Origin: Callorhinchus milii
Lineage: Eukaryota
DNA: 64,000 nt
Assembly (NCBI RefSeq): GCF_018977255.1
Contig: NW_024704751.1
Location: 15,128,001-15,192,000 of the forward strand
Direction of reading: 5' to 3'
Positions 25,485-37,530 of this stretch are shown one piece after another. Under the pieces are notes generated by a model that was not told the DNA's origin, did not search any database, and worked only from the letters and a program-made list of their open reading frames with translations. The translations under genes and the position numbers were made by a program. Every line of letters begins with the position of its first letter. Position 1 is the first letter of the stretch.

Positions 25485-25845
25485 TTGGAGATGCCTTTCC
25501 TTCAGATGAGATGGAAACCTGAACGTCCACCCATTCGTCTGGATGTCAAAGAACTCGTCCCACTACTGCTAACGAGAAGGAGTTTTGTCCTTGCTGACAA
25601 TCCCAGTTAAGTTGGTTGTTTACCTCGACTGTTTGGGGGGCACTGCTGTGTGAAAATTCACCTGCAAATACACTTAACCGTGTCCTGACGAAGGGTCGTG
25701 GACCCGAAACGTTGACTCACTTTCCTTTCTCCATAGATGCTGCCTGACCAGAGACTTCTATTTTTCTTCTCACACTTAACTGTGAGTCGCTTTGAGGCAT
25801 TTCAGTGCATTAAGACGCTATATCAAATGCAGGAGCTGTTATTAT
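25485..25845 (+). mobile_element. DeuSINE body and tail, interrupted by a Penelope-type insert
   Basis: ttcagatgagatggaaacc...ggatgtcaaaga...cactgctgtgtg [insert] gtgagtcgctttgagg...gacgctatatcaaatgcagg. Confidence 0.75.
25683..25771 (+). mobile_element. Penelope-like element fragment with minimal hammerhead ribozyme motif
   Basis: cctgacgaagggtcgtggacccgaaacgttgac...tctccatagatgctgcctgacc, flanked by the direct repeat acacttaac(c/t)gtg at 25670-25682 and 25772-25784. Confidence 0.78.
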
Positions 25846-26203
25846 CTTTTAGACGTTTCCAATTGAAGATTCTTAGCGAAATTTTCTCTCCCCGAGCTTT
25901 CTTCAGTCTTGTGAAAGCAGAATAATGGATAGCCAAAGGTTACGGAATGAAAGAGCATTTTTATAGCATCTCATCATTTGGAAACATCCCAAAATACTTC
26001 GCAATGACACTGCCTTTTCGTAGGTGAGCGCTGAAGCCATTTTGCACTCAGCAAGATCGCCATAACAGCCGTGAAGCAAATGACTAACTTTATCAGTTGG
26101 ATTGTCAGCCAGGATAGCAGGAGAAACTGCCTTCTCTTTTCCGATAGGGTCACGGGATTGTTAGTGTTCACGGGAAGATGGGACCTTATACAATGCCACC
26201 GTT

Positions 26204-26470
26204 CAACTACAACAACAACTTGCAGTTGTACAGCGCCCTTCACTCTGGGTAGAGTCCCAGAGTGCTTAACAGTGACGGAGTCTGACACTGAGCCAGGGGA
26301 GAGGGAGGGGGGGAGGTAAGGACGATCAAAAAGGAAGGTCTTTAGGCGGGATTTGAAGGTGGGGAGTGAGGGGGCAAGGCAGAGGGATAATGGGAGAGAG
26401 TTCCAGAGTTTTGGGGTGTAGCGGCTGAAGGCATGGCCACAGATGGTGGAACGCAGGGGACGAGGGACAG
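26204..26470 (-). mobile_element. L2 LINE 3' end
   Basis: Reverse-complement homolog of 21200-21485 (ggccatgccttcagc...aactctggaactctctccc...aaatcccgcctaaagaccttcc...(ttg)n). Confidence 0.85.
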
Positions 26471-27559
26471 ACTACTGAACAAAAGCTTTAACTTAATCGC
26501 AGTTCGCTTCACCACTGGAGCCGAGTGGGCCCAGAAATCTGTTTGTGTGAATTAATGTTCGCCTTGAATCCCCCATTTGTCATGCAGTCCCTGTGCATCA
26601 GCCGTTTTATCCAGCAAATTCAATACGAAACAGCTTGTTAAGTGTGTGTGTGTGTGTGCGTGTGGGGGGGTGGTGCGGCACGGGGGGGGTGGTGCGGCAC
26701 GGGGGTGGGGGGTGGGGAAGAGGGCATATGGTTAATGGATTGATAGAAATCTTGAAGTTGCTTTTAAGAAATAACAGGGACCCAAATGTTCATATCTATG
26801 GAGTGAATGTCAAATTTCTACAGCTGTGGCATAAATTGTGGCGTGTTGTCAGCAATAGATGGATGTGTAAGCCGTACTCCCCCCAAAATTGCAAAATTGG
26901 CTGACAAACTGCGTTATAATTAACACGGTTATTTGTTGCCAGCATTGATTCTGGTTTTATAACACGGGAAGAGAGGGTGGGGAGAAAGAGAGACGCACTC
27001 ACACAGTAAAGTTCAGGACACAAACCGTCCACTTTCCAATTCCTCGTTTGTACTGACAAGGGAAGAATTAATTGACCGAAGAAAAATAAATGCAGTATCC
27101 AATTCCCTTCTCCAACCTGAAATGAACCGAACGCGGGAGGAAGTGAAAGGAAATCTTTGGGGGTGAGATGTGCGAGTATTTGGATTAGTCAGACGGGGCG
27201 TTTTCTATAGCTGCTGGAAGATTCGCTTCTGAATTAACTGGGCTGAGCAACTCATTAGTTGCACAGGTCAATGTCACTCATTGTAACAGGTCACCAACCG
27301 TGAAGCACCAAATGTGCAGGGCCTCATTTGCAGTAACTACGTCCCCACAACCACCCAGATCCGTCGAGAGTGTGTGAAAGAGAGAGAAAGAATGAGAGAA
27401 AGAGACAGCATAATATGTGGTTTGCTCATATTCCCACTTTCAGCCCAATAGCAGGCCAGGGTTTAAAAAATCTGCACCCAATAAACGAGGCTACGAATGG
27501 CTCCTGGTACGATTGATGCAACGTTAAGAATTTCCTTCCCCATTTTCAGATCACAGCCC

Positions 27560-27695
27560 AAGGCCTTCCTCTTCGACCCTGCCTTCGGTCACCTCCCCTC
27601 TCCCACCGGTTCGGTGTCAGGCTCGGCCACTGTTAAAGGCTCTGAGACGCTAGCCTGGGTGAAGGGAGCTACATAAAGGCACGTTGTCATTATTT
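27560..27695 (+). mobile_element. L2 LINE 3' end
   Basis: aggccttcctcttcgacc...ggtgtcaggctcggccactgttaa...gtgaagggagctacataaa. Confidence 0.7.
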
Positions 27696-29451
27696 GGTTC
27701 ACCTTTACCTATCGTGATATCCTCCAATACTATCCTGAAGCAGATGCCTGAATTTGGAAGGAAAGCCAAGAGGAGGAACAAAAGCTCACTACATTTTACA
27801 GTCAGATCCTGTGAAGCGTTGTGAAACATCCTCCTGGTTTGATAACACATGCATCAAACTTAAAATTAGTATAAGCCATGTTACAGTTGTGTAACTCCTT
27901 GCTGCACGTTCATTATTCTTCTGAAGCTCTTTTGTTTCTCATTTGCTGATGAAACAAAACTTTAACAAAGTAAGAAGTAAGAAATGCCAACCTCCCCCTC
28001 ACCCCCCCCGCGCGCCAACCACCCCCACCCCCAACTTCCCGGTCTTTATTGGGCTCGAGGCAAACGTGGAGAATTTCAGCCACAATATATAAACTAAATC
28101 AGACGCCTGCGATATTCTGCTCCAGGGTCCAATATGGGTGGGTGTTATCGGTTCCTCGGCGGAACGACAGTCGCGACGAGGCTTTTGTCTTATCCAACAC
28201 AAAACGAAACGATGATAGATGGACCTCCTCTCCATTATCATTCGTTCGCTGTGCGAGCAGCAAACTGCTCAGCCTTGCCAAGCGCCTTGAACGAGGGTGT
28301 TTATTACATGAGCGGACTGCTCAGTGACGGCTGAAGAACAGACTTGTCTCCGATTAAATAACCAGCTTGCTTTCACGGGGGGATTGAAATCACTTTTCCT
28401 TCACCTGCCAATGGCTTGGTTACCCTGAGAACATTTCTTTTTTTTTAATGTTCTCGGTCACATAAGTGATTTGTGTGTGTGGGTGTGTGTGTGTGTAATT
28501 GTGGCTCGTACTCACAAGAAACGACATTACATCGGTGTTAAATTACTCCCCCACACCACTCCTTGGAGAACTAAACGGGTTATTATGGGCACTGAGAGGG
28601 TTATTCCTTGCAAGTGTCTCGTTATGTGCCCAGTGGAAACATGTTAAAATCAAATGACACGCGTGTAAAACATCGGGGAATTTCCCACTAATGTACCTCA
28701 CCCATACTGTGTCCAGTGACTATATCATCATATATCACTGAATGGGGAGTATTATCCCATACAGTGTATGTGGGATCCACCACTAACTCGCATTTATACC
28801 CGCAGGCTAGAAAAGGCAGTATGTGACACTTGCATCGTTATTGAGTGACGTCAGGGATGGGGGCACTTAACACCCCACCTCCCCCACCACCCACTGTCTA
28901 CTGCCTCTTACCCTCCCTCACCCCCCCCCCCCACACCCTGCCCCCTCTCACCCCTACCTCTGATCCCCTCTTCATCCATCCTGACAAACGACCCAGTGAA
29001 ATCCTCACCATTACAAGTGAAGGCAATTCAGAAGGAGCCAAGCTTTGGACCCCGCCTGCCCGTTTGCGTGAATGTCAGGACCTATAATCGGTCTTTGAAT
29101 CATTCGCAAACGTTGTGGAAAGGCGCACTGTCACAATTCCGTGCACAGAGCAGGGCTTTGTGAAATCTTACAAAGTGCTTTCCTGGATAATGAACAGCAA
29201 TGCTACAGAGGCCCCCTCTGTGCCTTTCATTGTTCAGTTGCTACAACCTCGCTGGTTAGCACAGTGGGGCTCCGCAGAACCTCAAGCGTACGTAGGAGTT
29301 GTTTTTCTCAAATGGAGTTTCTCTCCCGGCAAAGACAGGCTTTCCTCCTGTACAATGCGTTGCTTTTCTCACACGCAACAAAGCACTTTGCAGCTTTGCC
29401 ATAAAGTTCCCCTGCACAGTGGTTCACCAACCACTCCCCCAGTTGTAGTAA

Positions 29452-29801
29452 CAACAACAATAATCCTCGCATTTGATCCAGCGCCTCGTTGAGACGTCTC
29501 AAAGCCCTTCACAGAGTACACCGTAAAGCGAATTGACTGTGTGTATTGTGGGCGAGACGCGGCAGCCAAATGCGCACAGCAGCGTCCCCACAAACAGTCG
29601 TGGATTTTTTTTTCTGGAGGTATTATCAACCCTGGAAAGCGAGCCTCCAATCAACTAACAACAGGGTTCCTACTTACTGCTAGGTAAACAGAGACGTGTG
29701 GAGTAAGGAAACTTGTCTAAGGTTTCCCACTGCCTGGGAATGAAACCCGGGTCCTCTCGCTTGCAAGACGAATGCTCCAACAAATACGCTACAAGACTCC
29801 A
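29452..29801 (-). mobile_element. SINE family A, near full length
   Basis: Tail, then ggttcctacttactgctaggtaaacagagacgtgtggagtaaggaaacttg (CORE-like), then the head ending gctacaagactcca. Confidence 0.92.
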
Positions 29802-29854
29802 TATTAATGCTTACTCCCCACCATGACAGCAATCAGAAGCCTTGCCTTTACTGT

Positions 29855-30045
29855 TAACAACAAAAATTTGTATTTATATAGCGCCCCCTCGCACAGGGTA
29901 GCTTCCCAGAGCGCTGGACAGTGGCGGAGCATGAATACCAAGCCAGGGGGAGATGACCGTAGACACAAGTTGAAGAGGAAGGTCTTCTGGCGCGTCCTGA
30001 AGATGGCGAAGGAGGAGGGAGCGAGGTGGAGAGATAGGATAGGGA
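29855..30045 (-). mobile_element. L2 LINE 3' end
   Basis: aacaacaaaaatttgtatttatatagcgcc...gacagtggcggag...gaagaggaaggtctt. Confidence 0.75.
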
Positions 30046-31100
30046 GGATTAACCTCTCTTTAACCACAGGAGAGCTAATGCCAGCTGGAGCTCGCCAGTT
30101 CTGGAGACGGGGGTGGGGGGTGTGGAGGAGACAAGACTTGGGGATCAAATGCAACCTTTAAACATATGGCTTCCTTTTTCACTGGCTGAGCGAGTTGGGT
30201 GGAATAAGGCTGCAATAAAAAGGCCTGAAGGATTGACCTTTCCATCTGTAATCTCACGAGTGGGATTCATATTACAGCAATTTTCTCTCCGTAGCTGCTT
30301 AGTGGATCTTGCCCACAGAGGCACCTTTATGAGCATTAAATGCCTTGGGGAAATGTATCTTTAGGGCTTTTGACCTCAATACTGCATTGGATGCACCAGC
30401 TGGGTTTGTGCTGCACGGCTGTCTACTACACTGTTAAAACTCCACATTACTTCAATCCTACCACACGGTTACAACAACCTGCCTTTGCGTCCAAGTACCG
30501 AGCACTTGTCTGGCTATTTATTAAAATGGTTAAATCAATAAGCTGAGGTTAATGTGCTCAATTCGATATTACAGTATTAGCTCACATCCCAGCCAAGAAA
30601 GCTATTATCAGAATAAACCCGCTGGAATGCAGCTACAAATCATCTCTTACCAGTAAACCAGGTGCCTTGTTATCTTTGCAAATCTGTTTTCTATTTTATC
30701 TTCCTGATGTTACTGCTCATTTTCCTTTTTGACAATGACGTACATCAAATTAACGCAATCTTTCCATCCCCGAGATTGCTTCCTACGGCTCGGCGTCAGG
30801 CTCCGTCACCGTTAAGCGAGAGTCTGTCCCATGCGAAGGACCGCTATATAAATTCAATATTTATATAAAACGACTGAGCTAAGAAGAAAGAGCTTAATAA
30901 TTAAGAATTTGGGGCTGCTGTGGAGAAATTCCACCCGCGTCTTAAGCCGCAGTTTTCGTTCTGAACGTGCTTACCTTTTAAGAACTAGAGGCTTCAGAGT
31001 TGAGTCTGATTTTACAAATTTTTAAAGGCCTCACAATGAATAAGACCCGCGGCTAGACCAGGGTGGTCTAACTGGGTGAAAGGCGCTGTAATAATACAAC

Positions 31101-31243
31101 TAATAATAACCCTCGCTTTAGAGCGCTTTATCACGTCTTAAAGCGCTTCACAGGATATACTGTAAAGTGAGTGGACTGTATATTTTGTGAACGAAACGCG
31201 CACAGCGGCGTTCCACAAGCAGTCGTGGATTGAGTGACCAAAA
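31101..31243 (-). mobile_element. SINE family A 3' half
   Basis: gcgcttcacaggatatactgtaaagtga...cagtcgtggattgagtgacca. Confidence 0.85.
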
Positions 31244-32734
31244 AACCAAACTGTATCTAAAGGAAGGATCCTGGTTATATTGTTATTAAATGCATCAAAA
31301 TGTTCCTCATCACTTCATTCAGCACAGCATTACACATCGATTTCAGCACGACAGAGAGAGAGAGAGTAACCCCTTTTATCCTTTTGAAACGAAGAAAAAA
31401 ATAATCGCCGCAGCCAATCTTTCTGGGTTGGAATGGAGCCAGGATCCACGGCAAATAAAAAAGTAGAGTTTAACTACTTTGCAACTCCCAAGACTACCAA
31501 CCATCTCTTAATGAACATGATAGAAACACACACATTAAAGAGTTACATACCGCAGCTTTTTGATGACCTACGTTGAGATTTGAAAGAAGTTTTTTTTTGG
31601 GGGTCCGGGAGGAAAAAAAATAATAATCAGCAAACAAATTTGAGAGGGGAAGAACAAAAATCAAGAAAATGAAGCAAGTGACGAGAACGGATCTCAGGGG
31701 ACAATGAGAGTTGTACCGACCGTTTGAAAAGGAAAATTCCTTTGATCAGCTCGTGTATCAGAGCTGGGGAAAAAATCCCAAATCACCTGATCAAAAGGAA
31801 CGATGGCAAACCAAAACAGTCTTTGATGTTGGCAGACTTGCAGCCGCAAACATCAGAGAATGTGTGCAACTTAACAAGTCCCCAGAATAAATAATTAACT
31901 CTGATTAAAGCAAGTCTGAAGGTTCTTGAAGTTATCGCTTGGGGAGGGGAGTGGTGGGGAGAGAGGGGGCAATGGGGAGGGGGAAGAAGTGAAGGCGGGG
32001 GGGGGGGTGGGGGGAGAAAGGGTAGGGGAATGGGTAGCCATGCTCACAATATTTATGATGATTTTTTTGGTGTAGGCTTAATTAACCATGCTGGCTAGCC
32101 GTGCTTGGGATAATTAGACTTCCTTGAATTCCCATCGCTATTGGATTGGGAGGGAAGGGGGGGTGTGGGGGGGCGTGGGAGAAAAATAATGATCTTTCCA
32201 TTTGATCCAGCACCATTCACGTCAGGAGGACATCTTGAAGCACGTCACGGGATTCACTGTTAGGTTTAGGTTTAACAACCCGGGAAAGAAATTCACGGCC
32301 AGGAACACTTTGGAGCTTATGAAGTAGTTTATCTAATGTTCTCAGGTCAGGAGTGGGCACTTTGCATTCTGACCCAGCGCCCAACACCCACTCCTCCACC
32401 AACGCCCCCCACCCCAAAATCAGTTCAGTGTTGCTCAGCACTCCCGAGCACCTATCCTATGCGAGGGCGCAATGCAAATGCAAGTTGTCATCGTTGTTCT
32501 TAGCCGGGGATTCAACACGCTCCTCGTATCTGGCAACAACAAGTTGAATCTATACAGCGCTCTTCACGCGGGTAGTGTTTCGGAGGGCTTGAGCTGCCAG
32601 TGCAATTCCGAGGCAGACATAGCTAACCTGTCCAAACAGTGATCCCGTTCATGTTATTGAACAGATTTGCAGATGAGTCCAGTTTGAAACAAGTCTGATC
32701 CCAGAACTGAGAGGTCATACCTATCAGGAAAGGC

Positions 32735-33165
32735 TGAACATGCTTGGATTCTTTTCTCTTGAAAGGAGGAAGGTAAGGGGTGACCTGATAGAGGTCTTTA
32801 AAATAATGAAAGGTTTTGAGCGGGTCGACATAGGGAAGATGTTTCCACTTGTGGGGGAGACCAAAACCAGGGGCCATCAATATAAAATAGTCACCAATAG
32901 ATCAAATAGGGAAGTTAAAAAAAAATTCTGCACACAGAGAGTAATGGGAATGTGGAACATTCTACCAGAAGGAGTTGTTGAGGTAAATAGCATAGATGTA
33001 TTTAAGGTGAAGCAAGACAGGCACATGGGGGAGAAAGGAATAGAAGGTTATGCTTGAAGGCTTAGTTGAGGAAGGGCAGGAGGAGGCTCATGTGGAGCAT
33101 AAACACCGACACAGACCAGTTGGGCCGAATGGCCTGTTTCTGTGCTGTATATTCTAATGTAAACT
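32735..33165 (+). mobile_element. CR1 LINE 3' end, ORF2 C-terminus and 3' UTR
   Basis: LGFFSLERRKVRGDLIEVFKIMKGFERVD...TRGHQYKI...TQRVMGMWNILPEGVVEVNSIDVFK, the canonical CR1 terminus; UTR gttgggccgaatggcctgtttctgtgctgta. Confidence 0.93.
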
Positions 33166-35429
33166 GTAACCGGGTTTTTATTTGTGGTCCAGTTTTGACC
33201 GTGAGGTTCCAGACCAGGGTTATACGGTGGCACTTGGCTTCCATCTGGTGTTACTTTAATGTCTCATCAGTCAAGCTTTTTTTGTTTTAATGCCTCAGTT
33301 TTAGGTCTCACAGCGTTGGCTCCGAGATCAAAGCTCCCAGGGCTTGAGCCTCATCATTAATAACCATCAATTAACAGTGCATCTGCAACAATAATTAATG
33401 ACTGATCAATATCAACATTATTATTAACAATCCTTCTATTCCGTACATCACTTTATTATAATAATAATGAGAATCCTTGCATTTGATACATTGCCTGTCG
33501 GGCAGATGAGCAGCAAACGACACACAATGTAACCTATGCAACACCCTCTATTTGTAAGGGCACATTTTCACTTCATCACGGATGAGGCCATTCTGCCCAT
33601 TGAGCCCGACCCCGTCACATTATAGTCATTCTAATCACATCTCACCACCTTAGCTGGATTATCCCTGCCTGCAAACCCTCCCTTCTCTCCACGTGTACAC
33701 ATCCATCACACTCTTAAACACCTCAGCGTTTAAAGATTCTAATCAGCAGCGTCCCAGTTTGGGAAGCAATAGCCACAGCTACACCCAAAGCCTTTGATAA
33801 ATAGCCTCACATTAGGCTTAGCGATGCAGAACTGCCAAAGCTTCCTTTAGGGTCAATGTGGGGCATAGACACTTTCAGTACGATTCAATTCATGCACCGA
33901 TGGAAATAAAGCGCAGCCTCTCTGTAAAGAGATAAAAGTCAAGGTCAGATACAAAACATTGGTAGTTAAGTAGAAAAACAAATGAAGTTTTTTTTTAATA
34001 AACACGTGGATAACGTGACAGACAGCGCGGGTTGATTGACAAGATATATTTAAATCAAACGCTCCATTGACCTGCTGTGCACATATTCCACTGCCCGCCC
34101 GTTTGCTCATACAATATAAACAGCTCTGTGAAACCCAAATGGAAGCTGAGTTCAAGATGTCACCGTCTTGCTGTTAGTCTGCCGCTACGTGATTTGTTTC
34201 TCTAATAGGCAAACTCGGGAGGTGAATGGTGATGTTTCTTCTCTGGTGCTGACCAGTGCACACTCCCAGCTTCAGATTCCCATCAGCCAACAATAACAAG
34301 TTGTACTGAGATCTCTTTCTTTCTCTCTCTCTCACACACACACACACACTTGTCACTACCACACAGAGATCTTTTCTTTACAAACCCGATAAATAATAAT
34401 TCTCCAGCCAACATGTTTGCAGGACGTTACTGTGTGCAAATCGGCTGCCTCGTTCGCCTACAAAATACACAGACACAACACTTTACAGTTATCCGGTATA
34501 ACATCTCATCCAATGGACCGCACCTCCAAATATTACAGCGTAACTCCCCTCCCCCTGAGCACTCACCATTTTGATTGTCAGTCTAGACCGTGAGGTCTAA
34601 GTTTCTATTCCCTCCCCCACCCCCCCACACACACACCTATTTTAAAACACATCATGAAAAGATGGCTAGCAATCAACACGTGCCAAGACCCCCCCCACCC
34701 CCAACCACACACCATCACAAACTAGTCATAGTCTATTAGTGCATTAGTGTCTTACAGTGGTTAAGCAATCAAACTGTCCCAAAGCAAGTCGCGAAGCATC
34801 ATCACCTGTTGCATTAAATGAGTTAAATTCAGTCAGAATAGAGCAATGATCAAATGATCTGACACTGAGGACATTTCAGGGACCGGCAGGTTAATAACAG
34901 TTCGAGGCTCAACAAATTTACCGACAAACAATATTGCAGTGGAAGCAAATCATTAAGTTGCATGTTTCGCCGGGAACGAAACGATCTGAATTCCCCGGGA
35001 TCTTAAATCTTGACAAATTAGAGTCAATTACCGGTTTGAACGCGTAGTTTACAGTAATCCCAATTTATAGCGCTGATCCCGCAAAATTAAAGCATCGTTT
35101 GCCAGAATTAACGACTGGCTAGGGAACAATTAAGCCGGTCTCTCCTCAGTCATTATTGTTCCGAGACAGGCTTTCATTTTCGTGTGTAAACCTGTTCGAG
35201 GCTTGGCGCACTGTCACGGTTATGTGAATTCATCCAGGCTCTGGAATTAGATTCCAATCACTCCTGGGCTCTCATTATTGCTCGCCTCCTCTCTCGCAGG
35301 ATCCTATATTCATTGTGTCATCATGCCTGGGTGTCCTTCATTCTCTGTAAAATCACTTCTGCTATTACCTTCGGTGGCCTGGGAATATCACACATGCAAG
35401 TGCAAACTGCAAAGATTTAAGGTAGGTAA

Positions 35430-35680
35430 TAAGCAGAGAAAGACTCAAATGCACATAGAGAGAAAGAGAGACGGAAAGAGACAAGAGAGACTCGCACATG
35501 GACAGAAAGACACACACGCACGCGTGCAGGAAGAGAGAGACACACTCACACACAGAAAGAAACACACACATAAACAGAGAGAGAGATGGAGTGAGCGAGA
35601 CTCACACGCACTAACACAGAAAGAGAGAGAGACACACATACAGAGAGACTCACACAAGAGAGACACACACACAGAGTCAG
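35430..35680. repeat. Mixed (GA)n/(CA)n low-complexity tract
   Basis: About 250 bp of alternating GAGA and CACA runs. Confidence 0.9.
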
Positions 35681-36493
35681 ATGGGAGCTAATTTAGTCAC
35701 TTGGGATCAGAATATTACCCTATTATAGTGTTCACCAATTCCAAGGCAACCCAGGCTCCAATATTCAACTGAAAAACTTTTGTTGTAAAATATAAGATTG
35801 CTGTAAACTGGCTTCCAACTCAAGACTGAATTTAAGAAAATGCAATCCCAAGCGACTGTGAATTTGAGGAGAAAATAGACTCGCAGGGTGAGAGTGGGTT
35901 GCTCTTGTGAACCGAGGATTGGGAGGGGGAAGGGTCGGTGGTGGGCGCTGGGGGGGGGGGGGGGGGGGAAGAAGAGGATGAGTGATTAAGGGAAAAAAAG
36001 AGTTTAGCCCCCAACCTATCCACGCCATCCCTTAGAAATTCAGTGTCGATAAAATGGGTACGAACGGAGGGGGAAACGAAAAACCCGTCCGATATTTCAT
36101 TTCACTTTGATGGACCCAACGTGCGAAAGAAACAGCAGACAACAGAATTCGCTGAAAGCTAAAGCAGCCCCACTATCATTCATTACATCCATCGCCTGAC
36201 TTCCTCGAATCGCTGACTGCAAACGTATCCTCGGGGCGAATGCTACATTAAAGCCATTGCTCAAAGCCCCGGCCGTTTATTATTCCCAATTCAAGTCTTA
36301 AAATCAGTCAAGCCTAACCAGGCTTTGTGGGATGACATTTCTCTTGCCCCCCCCCCAGCCCACCACCCCCACCATTATTTTTTAAAATCCCGTTTCCTTT
36401 TCACTTGCGTGTACTTCCCAATACGATGGGTTATTGCGCTATTTAGCCGCAACCTCCCTTACGTTAAACAACCTACAGGGTGTTCACAAAGTC

Positions 36494-36592
36494 CTGACCG
36501 AGAGTTTCCGACCGACACTTGGAAAGGAAATTGCCGTGTTTCGGGAACGGAGGGTCGCACTCCTTACCTAATTCCGGAGAGGGTATTAGTTA
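36494..36592 (-). repeat. Family C partial copy, abutting a solo mariner-type TIR
   Basis: gaccgagagtttcc...ggaaattgccgtgttt...ggagggtcgcactccttacctaattccggag matches the reverse complement of 53700-53822. Confidence 0.65.
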
Positions 36593-37309
36593 CTCACCCT
36601 TAGTCAAGACCACTTGTATAATCTCAGATTTACGATTTAAGATCGTGCGGAGTTGCGGAAAGTTCTTAAAAGTCAGGCTCAACTTTGGAAGCCGCTTTCT
36701 TTTTATCAAGTACAGAAATCGGCCACGCGATCACTTTTCTTATGGGCAAACCTTGGAGGTAAGAAACCCAGAGACACTTGAAGCTCCTTCTAACGAGTCA
36801 AATGTGAAGAGGAGGAAATCTGGAGCCAACATTGGACCAAGAGACGCTGTGGAACTGGTGACAATACAACGCAGAAGAAGGACACTGATTAGAAATCCAT
36901 TTGAGGGCTGCTAAAATGCTATTTGGCAAAACAACTTTGATTGCAGTGTCAGCCTGGCTCAGTCAGAAGCATTCGCGCCTCAGAGTCAGAAGATTGTGGG
37001 TTTCTAGTTCCCACGTGGGGACTTTGCACTTAGTCTAGCCCGATGCTCCAATTGCAACACTGATGGGTGAGAGAGTCAAACACCTAAATAATGGTATTCT
37101 GTTCGTGACGGCCTGCAAACAGAATTCACCGGGAAACATGCGATAATAAAGCCTGCGATGGATTGAGGTTAAATCGTGTAAATCTCATTGAGATTCAGAA
37201 ACGCAGCACTCACTCATTCTGATCGCTGTGTTGGGAATATTATGGCACTTGTTCTGGATCATTGCCCAAAACACAGAGATAGAATGCGCAAGCGAGAGAG
37301 AGAGAGAGA

Positions 37310-37530
37310 GAGAACATATAAGAACATAAGAATTTGCAAGAAAGAAGACCAAGGTCTATCCAGTTTGCCTTCCTGGCAGTCACATATACTGTATCCTGAG
37401 ATATTATTTCCAAACAAAAATCTATCGTTCTGCTGCCACTGTGTCTCTAGGGAGCTTGTTCTATACATTTACTACTCGCTTACTGAAGTAGTGTTTCTGC
37501 AGATTTGTTTTGAATTTACCCCCCTTAGAG
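37310..37530 (-). mobile_element. CR1 LINE 3' end
   Basis: Reverse complement GGKFKTNLQKHYFSKRVVNV*NKLPRD..., tail ttcttatgttcttat. Confidence 0.82.

Noticed and set aside
31343-31365. REST/NRSE site (ttcagcacgacagagag)
   Set aside because: Only the left half matches; the right half runs into a (GA)n tract.
31940-32030. G-quadruplex-forming G tracts (also ~26665-26722 and ~35920-35970)
   Set aside because: G/C homopolymer runs are pervasive in this window, so these are not distinctive.
32740-33057. 105-aa ORF as a host gene
   Set aside because: It is the C-terminal remnant of CR1 ORF2 and lacks the RT and endonuclease domains.
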